Origin: Phaeosaccion multiseriatum
Lineage: Eukaryota; Protista; Ochrophyta, other classes
Direction: 5' to 3'
Assembly (NCBI GenBank): GCA_965112735.1
Contig: OZ218952.1
Location: forward strand, 5,332,001-5,396,000
DNA: 64,000 bases
Shown piece by piece: positions 52,458 through 64,000 of the stretch. The notes under the pieces were generated by a model. That model did no database searches and was not told where the DNA came from. It worked only from the letters and a program-made list of their open reading frames with translations. Position 1 is the first letter of the stretch; every line of letters begins with the position of its first letter. A program made the position numbers and the translations under genes.

Positions 52458-53603
52458 GAGGACGACGAGGATGAGGACGAGGAGGAGGACGAGGAGGAGG
52501 ACGGGGAGGAGGAGAAGCGGCGGGCTGGCTCGGAACGGGCCACAGGACCGCGGCCGATGTTGGAGGAAGAGGAGGCTGGAGGAGAGAGAAAACAGCAACA
52601 ACAGCAGCAGCTGGTGATACAGGAGCAGGGCGACGAAGAGAGCTTCCTGACGTTCGACAACATGTCCATCGCGGAGGAGGGGGAGGACGTGGGCGGGCCT
52701 CCCTTTTTGTTCCGTGGTCTGTCCGATGAGAGCCTGGGACTGTCTATGCTCACCGCAATGGACGAGGCGGGGAGTAGCAACGACAACAGCCCTTCGGCAG
52801 GCAGCAGCGCCACGGCGCTTCCCACTACCGACGCTCTCGCAGGAGGAGGAGGAGGAGGAGGTGGTGATGCCGTCTCGACTCCAGCAGGAGGGGCCAACAA
52901 CACCAACAACAAGAACAATCTGGCGCTTCCCTTCCCTCCACTGCCGTCCGGGGCTGGCCCGTCCGGTGCTGGTGCATCTCCACCGGGGCGCAAGAGAGGC
53001 GTCGAGGAGGCTCTCGTGGACGTTGTTGACTCCCTGCCGTGCGAAGATGCCTCCGCCAACGACGGGCCCCTGCGCCTGGCCAAGGGCTTGTTGCGCCTTA
53101 TCAAGGACCCTTCGGTCATCGCTAAGCTCATGGGCATTGAGGGCGGGGCGGGCTCCCCCGCTGCTGGGGCTGCTTCTCCTGCCTTCTCCTTCGCCGTTGG
53201 GGAAGACGGTGATACGCCAGATGGTGATGCAGCAGCAGCAGCAGCAGCAACAGAAGAACAAGAGCCGGCGACTTGTGCTTCTTCTTTGTCACCCTCCGCT
53301 CCCCTGACGACGCTCAGCAGCGCAGCCAATGCAGCAAGTGCAGCAGGAGCAGCCGCGGCGGCGGCGGCGGCGGCAGCAGCAGCAACAGCAGCAGCAGCAG
53401 CAGCAGCAGGAGGAGGAGGAGGAGTGGCGGCCCAAGGAGGGGCCCAAGTCGAGGAGGGACCGCCGGGCATTGCCATGCCTCTGGCCAGTGCGGCCCTCGG
53501 GGCCTTCATCACACGCTGCGCACAGGCACACGATGCAGCAGCGGCGACCCATGGCGCTGCCGCTGCCGCCGTACTACCAACTGCTGCAGCCGCGGCTCAC
53601 TGA
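50777..53603 (+). CDS. Heat shock factor (HSF-type DNA-binding domain) transcription factor (3 exons)
   Basis: 'PIFLRKTYDML..AWSPAGDTFVIKD..FAKKVIPKFFKHSKFPSFVRQ|LNFYGFRK..WWEFKHDKFLRDQPQLLVEIKR' followed by a coiled coil. Exons 50777-51013, 51649-51848 and 51980-53603. Confidence 0.94.
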
Positions 53604-54263
53604 GCATCCGGTGAAGTGATTTGCGAGAGGGAGGGGCAGAGCCTTTTACCTACTTCGGCCCAAGGGAGGGAGGCAGGTCGCGTCTCGTCTGTGTGTCTCT
53701 CCCCGTGCACGCACGCACACACATATGGCCACTACAGAATGGCCGATCGTTCTGTACGATGGCAAGCGAATGTACTCTATGCGCCGTTCGTTCCGTTTTG
53801 TATAACCAGTGAGTGTAAGAATGAGCAGGAAGAGGGACGAGACGACAAACAAATCAATGGAGGAAAGGGGAACCACCCGCGATACGTCTTGAAGGGGGGG
53901 GAGGGTAAGCGTACTATAGGAAGCGGTAGGTAAGAGAAGGCAGCAGGGAGCAGCACTGAGAGAGGCAAGGGGAGGTAGAGAGGGGCTCTCGTCCCTTGGG
54001 CAATGCGCCAAGCACGGGGAGAGGAGAGGAGAGGGGTGAAAGTATGAATCCGTGATATCTTTTTACAGCTAGTATCTCTATCGCCACTCAATACAGGCTA
54101 AAACCAAATGTAACATATCGTATCAAAAGCGTACTCCAGGAAAAATAATGTACTGCACGATAGGCATGAAAAACCGACAAAACAACAAAGGAGAGAAGGC
54201 GCCGAAAGAATGCGATGCTGCGAGTAGGGTGCTACTCAACTCGTTCACTCAGCATCACAGCGT

Positions 54264-54294
54264 TTAGTGCTGTTGCTGCGGCTGTTGTTGTAGT

Positions 54295-54328
<34 letters not shown>

Positions 54329-56300
54329 TTGGCGGGGCTTGTTGCGGTGGCTGCTGCTGAACCTGCTGCTGTGGTTGTGTTTGCGCCTGTTGCTGCTGCT
54401 GTGGCTGCAGTATCACCAACTGCTGCCCCTGCTGCTGCTGCGTTGGCTGCTGTGGCGGCTGCTGCTGCTGCGTTGGCTGTTGCAACTGCTTCTCCAGAAT
54501 CTTCTGCTGCTCCTCCGCCTGATGCCTTGCTGCTCGAAGCCTGACTTGTTCCGCGGTCCAGTCCTTCTCGAACTCCATCATGCGATTGTTCTGCTCCTGC
54601 TGCATCTTGGTCTCTCTCTTCTCAAACTCCTTCAACGCCTCGTCAAACTTCTCCACCATTCGCTTGTGCTCTTCGCGCTTCTCTCTCTCCGCCGTCTGCA
54701 AGTTCGTTAAGCGGGTGCGGAACGCCTTCTCAGCTTGGTTCTTCCTCCTCTCGTGCGCCTTCATCGCCTTGATGTACTCCTCATCCATGCCGTCGCCATC
54801 CTGATGCCCCTGCCCGTCTACTGCCACCCCATTGCCATTGGTCGCCCCCGCCCCACCCTCTTCCTCCGCAGACAGGGATCTTTGCAGTGGCGGAATCGAC
54901 ATCTGTGACTGCGCGTTGGACGCCCCCACCCCCCCTCCTCCTCCCCCTCCTCCTCCTCCATTACCAACAACGTCTCCATCCTGTCCTGGTCCCTCTTCTC
55001 CCCCTCCCCCTGTCCCCCCTGCCCCCCCTGTCTGGTTCAGACGGCCCGTACTTCCGGTACTAGGACTTCGTCGCATGGGACGCCCCTGCCCCTGCTGCTG
55101 TATCACCAACTGCTGCTGCTGCCCCTGCTGCTGTCCCTGCTGCCCCTGCCCCTGCCCCTGCTGCTGCTGCTGCAGCTGCTGCTGCAGCTGGCTGTTGCTC
55201 CTGTGCAGGTAGGACTGCTGCTGCTTGGTCTTGATCTGCAGCAGCTTCTGCATGGCCTGCCCAGCAAGCTTCTCGATGGAGTCCTTGACAGGACGGTACT
55301 CGTCTTCGGGGAGACGCAGTTCCTGAGGAGAGAGAGAAGCAGAGAGCGAGCAAGAGAGGAGTCAGCAATGGAAGCATTGTCGCTCCACAGCTGCGGGTGA
55401 CTACTAACTCACCCACCTATATATTGCTTTTCCCTCCCCTCCCCACCCCTGAATCCCATCCATCCGTGACATAGCCTCCCCCCTCTCCACCCCCCCAAAC
55501 CCACCCACCTGGATCATCTCCATGGCCACTCTCGAGGGCTTGTCCTGCTCGAGATTAAAGTCGAACTCGACCTCCTGCAGCCGCCCCTCCACGTGGGTGT
55601 GCATGACGAGGCGCATGTAGCCAGATTCGAGGCTCTGTTCTGGTGCCAGTCCAATCTGCGTGTCGCCTCCTCCTCCTGCTCCTCCTCCTCCGTTCCCAAC
55701 CCCACCCCCGCTGATTTGTAGCCGGGGCTGTTGGTTGTACAGCTGATTCATGTCCAGGACAGCGTCCACACTCATAGATGGCCTCCGGTTGGAGCCATCG
55801 GTAGCGACGGGTACCCAACCACCACCGACACCATTCGAAATCTCCATAGAGCTACTGAGGCTGGAACGGTTCCCTCCTCCTCCCCCTCCTCCACCTCCTC
55901 CTCCTCCTCCGCTACCGTTGCCAATGTCGGGCATGGAGGCGTGGTGCGAGAGCCCCCCCGGGGCGCTCAGGAAGACTTGCTGCCCGGAGAGGGAAGCCTG
56001 CCTGTGCTTGGACGTGTGCAAATGCTGTCTTTGTTGTTGTTGTTGTTGTTGTTGCTGCTGCGGCTGCTGCTGCTCCCCTCCTCCTCCTGCTGCAGCGCCG
56101 TTCCTGCTACTAGCACTGCCGTTGCCTCCTCCACTGCCATGACCATTGCCATGTCCATTCGTCTGCTGCTGTACCACCAACTGCTGCACCCCCGACTGGT
56201 CGGAGCCTGCATTCGCCTTGACCAACGCATCGGCGTACGACAAGGGTCTCCCCTGCGCCCCGACCACCCCCACTCCATTCCCTCCGTTGCCTGTCCCCGC

Positions 56301-56344
<44 letters not shown>

Positions 56345-58592
56345 TACCGCCTCCACCCCCCGCCGAGACGGGATTGCTCTTTCGCCGCAGGTTGGCCTCT
56401 GCTGCCGCCGCTGTACCACCAACACCTGCAGAACCCACGGCGGACATGGAGCTGCGCGCCTGCTGTTGCAGCCGAGTGGGGGACTGATCCCTCCCACTTC
56501 CTCCCCCTGCAGCCGCTGCCGCCACCGCTGCTGCCGCCGCCTCCCTTGTGGCATCTTCATCGGCTTCATACTCCTTCTTTACCCTTCCATCTGGCAGCAC
56601 AAAGGGCTTCATATTGGTCTCGTCACTGGGGAAGTGTTGGTAGTCTTCGTCTCCTTGCTCGTCGTCCTCTGACAAGTCCTCTCCTCCATCCACGATGGGC
56701 CCATTGGTGAACGGATCCACACGCTGCTCCTTTCCATCCGTACCCTCTGCTCCTCCTCCCTCACCCTCCTCGCTCCCCGTGCTTGCCTCCAGGGGGGACG
56801 AAGAAGTCGACGCGGTTTGAGTCCCGGACGGAGACGCCTGGCGACCATTCGCACCTCCTCCCGCATCCCCGCCTCCTCCTCCCTCTCCTCCTCCTCCTCC
56901 TCCTCCTCCTCCTCCTCCTCCTCCTCCTCCTCCTCCTCCTCCTCCTTCGCCTTCTCTTGCAGCCCCGGCATCCCCTCCACCCCCCATGGCCAGTGAAGGC
57001 GCAGCGGCAGCAGGCTGTATGGCAGGGGGTGCTCCGTTGTCGTCCCCCCCGGCACCATCGTCGCTGCTTCCTCCTCCCATACTCGTACCCGTCGTCGTCG
57101 TTGTCTTGGCTCCTCCTCCTCCTCCTCCTCCACCTCCTCCTCCGCCTCCTCCTCCTACTGCTGCTGCTGCTGTTGCTGCCTTGTCATCCCCGTCACCTGT
57201 GCTATCCTCGTCACTCAGGCCACTGTTCACGCGCTCCACCGTAATCTTGAGCGGTGCACTCAAACCCGCACCCACACCCACACCCACACTCGCAGCACTC
57301 GCATCAACAGCATCTCCAACCTCCACAATAGAAGGAAGAGCGGGCACCCCATGCGGCGAGCCGGGAGCGGCATCGAGCACCACGATATCGCTATCCTCGA
57401 CTTTGTTCTCGTCTGTGAGGAAGGCGTGCCTCAGCAACGCGGCTGCACTGGGCCGCTTGTCCGGGTCATAGTCTAAACACTCACGAATGAAGTTGCGCGC
57501 TCGCTCATTGTGGACGGACTGGACAGCCGCGGGAAGCACTTGGGAAGTCACCTAAATTGTGGGTGCGTGTAAGTGTGTATGTGGATGTATGTGGATGTAC
57601 GTACGTAAGTGTGTGCGAGTGTTTCACGTGTGTGTGTGTGTGTGTGGGAAGGAAAAAGACACGCAAGTACGCACCCCAAAAGGGCAAAGACGGTCAGCAC
57701 TCCGAGAATAGCCTCGTTTCGTCACTACCTCTCTCACTCCCTCCCTCCCCTCCCCCCTTCCCTCCCTTCCTCCCTTATTCCCCTCCCCCTTCACTCCACC
57801 TACCTTCTTGTAGATCTGCGCTGCGTTGCCGCACTCCGAATAGGGCCTCTCCTTTGTCATCATCTCCAGCATACACATACCGAAGGCGTAGATGTCCACC
57901 TTCTCATTGTAGCTCTCGTCGTAGAGCTCGGGTGCCATGAACTCCGGAGTGCCCAGCACTGACATGGTTTTGTTGGCTCGAGAGCTGCTTGTGCTAAGGC
58001 CGAGGTCACCGATACGAATGTCGCCCGTATCTCGCTGGGAAGGGAGGGAGGGTGGGGGGGGGGGGGGGGGGGCAGAGAGAGGGGGTGGGGGGCAGGGGGG
58101 GGTAAGCAGCAGGCTCCGAGCGGGGGGGGGTGGGGTGGGAGAAAGCGGCGAGGTGTGGGGATGGATGGAGTGACTGCTGTGGTGGCAGAGAGAGGAGGGA
58201 GGGAGAGAGAGGGAGGGAGGGAGGGAGAAATAGAGAAAAAGAGGATGGGTGGCAGACCAGGCGAGTCCTTCCCACCCGTGAGCAGTCCCCCCCCTTCCCT
58301 TCCCGTCTCCCTTGCTCCTTTGCCCCTCTTCTCCCTTGCCCCACCCTCTCCCTTCCCTTCCCTTTACTCCCCTACCTTGATGAAGACATTGTCGCATTTG
58401 AGGTCTCTGTGGATGATGGGCGGATCGTGCTCGTCGTGCAAGTACGTCAGGCCCTTCAGGATCTGACGAGCCCAGCGCTTCACCACCTGACCAGGGCAGG
58501 GGGGGGGGAGAGGGGGGGAAAGGAGGAGTGTGTCAGCTGGGTTAGAGCCGGGCGATTCTTTCGTACGTGCGGAGAGATATAAAAGAGAAAGA

Positions 58593-58629
<37 letters not shown>

Positions 58630-60573
58630 AGAGACCACACGCCCAATCCAATCTGCTAGGCCAATACATCGGAGGGGGTGTCGGAAGGAAAGGAGCGGAG
58701 GGGTCCTTCGTAGTCAATCGCCATATCCCTCCTTCCCCCTCCCTCCCCTCCACCATCCATTCCCCTTCCTCCCTCCCTACCCATCGTACCTTCCAGCGGA
58801 TGACCTCCACCTTTCGTATGAACTCGAGCAGCGAGCCCCCCGGGAGAATCTCCGTGATGAACACCACCTGATCCTTCTCTCTGTTGACCCACGACCCGTG
58901 GAACTGCACGAGGTTGGGATGCTCCAGTTCGTGCAAGAGGCGCACCTGTGTAAGTAGGAAGGAAGGTGGGTTGGAAGGTGGGTTCGTAGGGACGCAGACA
59001 GGCAGGTGGGTTGGTACGGACGAAGATAGGCAGGTGGATGGGCAGGCAGATGGGCAGGCAGATGGGCAGGCAGACACAGGCAGACACAGGCCAGCAGAAT
59101 GATGAGGAGGAGGGGAATGAGAAGGAGGAGGGGAAGGAGGAGGAGGAGGAGGGGGGACGGGGCCTGCACCAGCCCGGCCGAAAGGAGGGAAGACAGACAA
59201 GCCCCCCATCCCCGCCCAGCAGGGGCGCCACACACGCCACACACGCTACACAGAGGGAGGCAGCATCGCCACCACCGTCACGCACGCACCCACCCACTGA
59301 CATACTACACCCACCTCGTTGATGATGCGCTTCTTCTCCTCCTTGGGCAGTGCTCGGATGTGAACGGTATTCCACGCCACCTCGATGCCCTCACTCGTGT
59401 CATAGGCCCTGTAGACCTCCTTGTACTGCCCCTCCCCGATCTTGTCCGCGAACTGAGGAGCGAGATGAGGGGGTGGTGGAGTAAGGAGGGAGGGAGGGAA
59501 GGAGGGAGGGACCGGAGGGCGGGAGGAAAGGAGGGAAGGGGGGAGGAACCGGAGGGAAGGAGGGGTGCGAGGTAAGCGTGAGAGGTAAGGGGGCGGGGAG
59601 GGGGAAGAGAGTGGGGGAGGAAGTGAGTACAAAAAAGGAAAATAATGATGACACCAACCCCGGGTTGTAAAGAGGCGTTGTGGCGTGTTGGACTCACCCT
59701 CACATATCTCCCCTGAGGACTGCTCTCCACAACATCCGAGCCCTCCACGATGCCCTCGTCAGAGCTCTTGCGTTGTGGGGCCGTAGGGGCAGCGGGGGGG
59801 ACACCAGCAACATAAGTAGTAGCAGAGGGCGCAGCGGCCGGAGCAGCAGCAGCAGCAGCTGGCGCCGTGGGGGCAATCGCCGTAGCAACAGGGGCGACCG
59901 CAGCAGCCGCAGAAGCTGAAGCCGGCGCCGCCGCAGCCACCAGAGAGGAGGTACTCGTGGCGGCGCTGGCAAAGCCCGGCTTTTTGAAGAACCCGGGGGT
60001 TGTAGGTAGTGCCGACGCGGCGGCCGTTACCTGCAGCCCTCCTCCTCCTCCTCCTGTTGTTGTTGTTGCTGCTGCTACTGCTGCTCCTCCTCCTCCCTCC
60101 GCTGGTCCCGCCTCGGCCGATAAAGGGGCTCCTTGCTCTGCTTCCCCCAGGCCATCTGGAGAGACCGACGTGCTGACACTGGTTCCCGTCTCCAGCAATG
60201 CGGGGGGCGGTACGTCCGCTGGTGGGGGGGCTGGTGGCTGTGCTACCGTGGGGTACCTTCCAGCTCCGGGAGCGGGAGCTCCTCTTTCGTTGGAAGCACT
60301 CGCAGGAGCGGGAGGAGGACCTCCTGCTGCTTCTCCTTCCAGCGCTGTTGCTGAAGCGTCTGTTGCGTCTGCTTGTGCCGCCGCAGCCTGCGTCTCCTTC
60401 TCATCCTCCCCCCCACTCTTCTCCTGCCCTTCCTCTGCCGTCGCCCGAGAAGGGGCCTCTGCCTGCCCCTCCCCCTCCGCCTCTCCTCCGGCGTTGGGCT
60501 TCGTGTCCTTGGGGGGGCTGTCGGCAGAAGAGGGCACTTCCTCGTTGCCCGCGTCGGAGCCTTTGGCAGCCAT
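54264..60573 (-). CDS. WNK: WNK family Ser/Thr protein kinase (about 7 exons)
   Basis: '[24 protein letters not shown]' has the Lys in subdomain I rather than II. Also '[15 protein letters not shown]', 'IGDLGL', '[30 protein letters not shown]', a CCT-like '[21 protein letters not shown]' and a C-terminal coiled coil. Confidence 0.95.
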
Positions 60574-61673
60574 GGCTTGCCCTTGCCCCGTCCCTTGCCC
60601 CGCGTCTGAGCTACCGAGTTTGGTCTCGCCCTTCGCTCCGACACGCCCCTCTTTGCTCAAGAACGCCGCTCCCCTCCTCCAGTGGGTGGGGGGAAAGTGA
60701 TGACTCACTCCTGCCCACGCAGATGGTTAATTCTGTCTCTTCTCTATTCCTTCCTCGCCTCCCGCCCGCTGTCTACGATACCCCTGCTGGGCTGCTCCTC
60801 CTTCTTCCTGGTGCCCAAACCACCTCAACTTCTCACCGCCCTACTTCGTCCCCACTCCGTCAAGCGCGAAAGCGTCGTGTGTGACTAGAGCACCACATCT
60901 GTGCGCGGCACGTGAGCTCCTCCGTCGAATCTCAGTGCTGCAGCAGCAGTGCCGTTGGTCCCTCCCTCCCTCTCTGCCTCCCTTGTGGTGCTTCGACCCC
61001 TCAGCACTTGGCCTCTGTCTTCTCCCCTCTCTCCGCAGACGCTGCCCGCCGCAGTTCTCCCCAACCTCCCTCCCCAATCCCGCTTCCAGCCCCTCGCAAA
61101 CGGCTTGATGGCTTTTCCAGTTTCCCCATCAATCAAGAAGCGACCATGGCCTTAATCGCTGAACACAGCGAGCAATCGTTTGCATAGAGTCAGAGCCGTT
61201 GCCTGACAGTGTAGACGGCAAAGAGCAGCAGCAGCAGCACGTGCTCTGCGGCGCAAACCCCATCCACACTTAGTCCCTCCCCACTGGGGGGCGTATTTAG
61301 TTCAAGGGCCCCCAGAGAAAGGCTAACTCAGCAGATTCACCCCAGTTTTCACTACGACCCCCTTCTCTCCTTGCCGCTCCGCAGAGGTGAGTTGTCCACC
61401 CTTACGCACTCCCCTCTCTCTCTTGATTGCCTTGCGCTGTTCCCGGAAGCCCAAAAACGCGGAAGGATCCTGACACCAGAGATTTTGGACAGAAGTAGAG
61501 TATGTAGTTACGTAAGTAATTACGTACTCGGGTTTTCCTTCTTTTTTTATTCTCTCCTTCTTCTCCTTCCCCTCCTTCTTTACGCTTCCTACCGTCACTT
61601 CGATTCGCAGCTAGGGCTCTTCTCCCCTCCTCACCCTCGGCCCCATGGCCCCATGCCCCTTCTTTTTTTTTTT

Positions 61674-62511
61674 CGGTTGAGTGGCACTTTTGACGCCCCG
61701 TGAATTTTTTTTGACGCCAAATATGCTGTGCCCACAAGCTCTACAAGGGGTTTAGAGAATACTCCACAGGCTCTGTGCCAATGTGTGAAGCCTCCTATTT
61801 TATCTTGCAGCCTGCTCGTCGAGCGAGGTACCTTGTTGAATAAAAGAAAAGAAGTGGAAGTCAAAAGGAGTCTAGAAAAGAGGTCCTGACAATACATACT
61901 AGCCCTATTTTAACCCCGGGCAAGTATCGATATCGACCTTCGGCTCCAGGCGAGGTTTCTCGGGCTTTAGGCTTCTGGGCCGTAGCCCCCTCCAGGCTTC
62001 GGGCTTCTGGCCGCAGGCCAGCGCAGGCTTCTGGCCGCAGGCCAGTGGTCAGGCTTCAGGCTTCGCAGGCTGGGAGAAAAATGGGGGACTTGGCAGGCTT
62101 TTCGCTACTTTCTGCAGGCTTCTGGCCGCAGGCCGCCGCAGGCTTCTGCTTTATCGGGGGCCCGAGAAACCTCGCCTGGAGCCGACGACCTAGACCCAGA
62201 CAGCACACAAATGACGATTACTTTGACGACGTTTGACGACGTTTGACGACGCTTGAGCCCCCTGTTTGACGCTCTTTGACGCTTTTTGACGCCCTTTGAC
62301 GCCCTTTGACGCCCTTTGACGCCCTTTTCCGTGAGTTTTTTTTTACGTGATTTTTTTTAGACGAAATTAATAAGGCGAATTAAGATAAAAGGTGCGTCAA
62401 AGTGCGTCAAACAGGGCTTTAAAGTGGGTAAAAAGGGGGTTCAAAAGTCGTCAAACGTCGTCAAAGTAATCGTCATTTGGCGTCAAAAGCGTCAAAAGTG
62501 CCACTCAACCG
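61674..62511. mobile_element. Non-autonomous inverted-repeat element with 23-bp inverted ends and TTTGACG subterminal repeats
   Basis: cggttgagtggcacttttgacgc (61674-61696) is the exact reverse complement of 62489-62511. An internal inverted pair lies at about 62209-62240 / 62447-62478. No clear target-site duplication (TSD) and no transposase. Confidence 0.65.
61940..62185. mobile_element. 246-bp MITE with perfect 26-bp terminal inverted repeats (TIRs) and a 6-bp TSD, nested in the larger element
   Basis: TIR tcggctccaggcgaggtttctcgggc (61940-61965) is the reverse complement of 62160-62185. CGACCT flanks both sides (61934-61939 and 62186-62191). Internal 'caggcttc(tggccg)' repeats are present. 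Confidence 0.85.
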
Positions 62512-62806
62512 CGAAATCACAGTAGGCCTATTTTGGAAAATTGCCCGGCCTAGCGAGGGCCGTAGGCACTCGGTCTATTTATAGGCCGCCGCCTAGGCGC
62601 AGTCGCAGGTCCAGGGCGGGAATATGCTCATATGCCCCTTGGCTGGCCCGGAACCCGTCCAAGTGTCGTAGGTAGAGGAGAGATAATGAAAAAAGAAAAA
62701 AGAGTTTTTTTTTTTTAATTTTTTAACACTCGATTTGCGTAAGAATCGCCCAAATCGCCCGATTTCCGGCCCAATTTTTTTTTTGCACATATGCAGCAAA
62801 AGGACG

Positions 62807-64000
62807 CTACCCCAGCACCCCTCCCTCCACGTCCTTCAGCTCATTCGTGTATCTTCCTGGCAAGCCTTCTGCTCTGTCGCTCTCACGTCGTCGCCTCCTC
62901 CCGTTGGAAGGATTGCTGCATCCCACCTTGCTCTCCGCCTTGCTTTCCTCCTCCTCCTTCTCCTCTTCCTCCTCCTCCTCCTCCTCCTTCTCCTCCTCCT
63001 CCTCCTCCTCCTCGCCCTCGTCCTCCTCACTCGCTGCCTTGCCTTCTCCATCTCCACTCGACGCCCTGTCCTCCTGCCGCTGCCGCTGTCTGCTCTTGAC
63101 CACAGGCACCCTGAGCATCAGCACGGTTCCCTCCACACTCACCACCTCGCCTCTCCACTTTGGCGCGCCGTGCTCCCCCTGCTTCCTTCTTCTCACCCCC
63201 CTCTTTCTCGGCCTCGTCCTCTTCCCGTCGATCTTAACACTGCCAGCAGGACCCAGAGAGCCCCCACCGACCAAAGCCTCATTCGGACCACTGCGAGGGG
63301 CAATGGCAGAACGTACAGCATCGTCGCTGGCAGGGGGTGAGTCCCCCTCCCCCTCCCCTTCCCCTTTCCCTTTCCCAAGGTCTTCGCCTCCCTGGGACGG
63401 GACAGAGGTACCTACTGGGCTTGAACGCACCTCTTCCCCTCCGCCGTCCCCACTAACTCCGCTTGCCGCCTCCTCCTGCCCCTTCTCCGCTGTTCCCAAT
63501 CCGCCGCCTCCCTCCCCCTCCCCACCTCCCACCCTGGGCCCTGCTCGGTCCTCCTCGTCGCTTGGTGGCATCCTGTTTTGAGCCTCCTTGTCCCCACCTT
63601 TCCCATGCCCCTCCTCCGCCGCCTCCGCCGCCTTCTCCGCCTCCTCCGTCTCCTCCTTCTCTTTCTTCTTTTCCTCCTCCGCCTCCTCCACCTTTGCCTT
63701 CCCCTCCTCGTCGGCCTCAGCTCGAGCTCCGTCGCCGAGCTCTCCGGGGGTCTTGGTCCGACTGCCCCCTCCATCCTCCGCTCGCCCTACCAGCTCCGCC
63801 GCCCCTCTTTCCTCCTTGTTGCCTTCTTGTGGCGGTGTCTCCCCTGCCTGTGTCCCTTCGGAACTGTCTCCTGAACCATGTGTTTCACCAGCGGCTTGCG
63901 TGTCTTCCTGCTCACAGTTGCCGCCCTCCTCCCCCCCTTCTCTCTTCCCTCTCTTCATCCCTTCGCTGGGAACTTCAACACGAGTATCTTTCTCGCGCTC
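62807..64000 (-). CDS. 3' part of an acidic, low-complexity hypothetical protein
   Basis: A Glu/Gly-rich open frame of more than 380 codons apparently runs in from the window edge. No domain recognised. Confidence 0.55.
   Translation of the reverse strand, partial: EREKDTRVEVPSEGMKRGKREGGEEGGNCEQEDTQAAGETHGSGDSSEGTQAGETPPQEGNKEERGAAELVGRAEDGGGSRTKTPGELGDGARAEADEEGKAKVEEAEEEKKKEKEETEEAEKAAEAAEEGHGKGGDKEAQNRMPPSDEEDRAGPRVGGGEGEGGGGLGTAEKGQEEAASGVSGDGGGEEVRSSPVGTSVPSQGGEDLGKGKGEGEGEGDSPPASDDAVRSAIAPRSGPNEALVGGGSLGPAGSVKIDGKRTRPRKRGVRRRKQGEHGAPKWRGEVVSVEGTVLMLRVPVVKSRQRQRQEDRASSGDGEGKAASEEDEGEEEEEEEEKEEEEEEEEEKEEEESKAESKVGCSNPSNGRRRRRESDRAEGLPGRYTNELKDVEGGVLG

Overview
Intron-rich, microsatellite-rich eukaryotic nuclear DNA, most likely from an ochrophyte (stramenopile alga): two proteins carry bipartite signal-peptide + Phe plastid presequences, and introns are GT-AG. 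The ORF track is mostly misleading because nearly all genes are spliced. Recognisable genes: a NOT4-like frameshifted relic, a conserved hypothetical protein, a plastid DUF2358/SnoaL-like protein, HAS1/DDX18, a GT17 (MGAT3-like) glycosyltransferase with a very long (GAG)n tail, a PP2A B56 subunit, plastid TerC, a DCAF8-like WD40 protein, a large B-box/IQ/phosphatase-fold gene with catalytic Cys replaced by Ser, an HSF transcription factor and a WNK kinase. The most striking feature is not visible in the ORF track. The apparent ~260-bp tandem repeat at 0.6-2.2 kb is an array of duplicated intron+exon cassettes. Each cassette holds a symmetric phase-0 57-nt micro-exon encoding one 19-aa Cys-pair repeat with an invariant scaffold and hypervariable positions, and these splice in frame to C-terminal thrombospondin type-3 repeats. 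Other unexplained structure includes two strongly over-represented dispersed short motifs, introns with mutually complementary repeat ends or amplified splice donors, a 56-bp minisatellite upstream of HSF, and nested inverted-repeat (MITE-like) elements. All gene models were made by eye and exon boundaries need RNA-seq confirmation.
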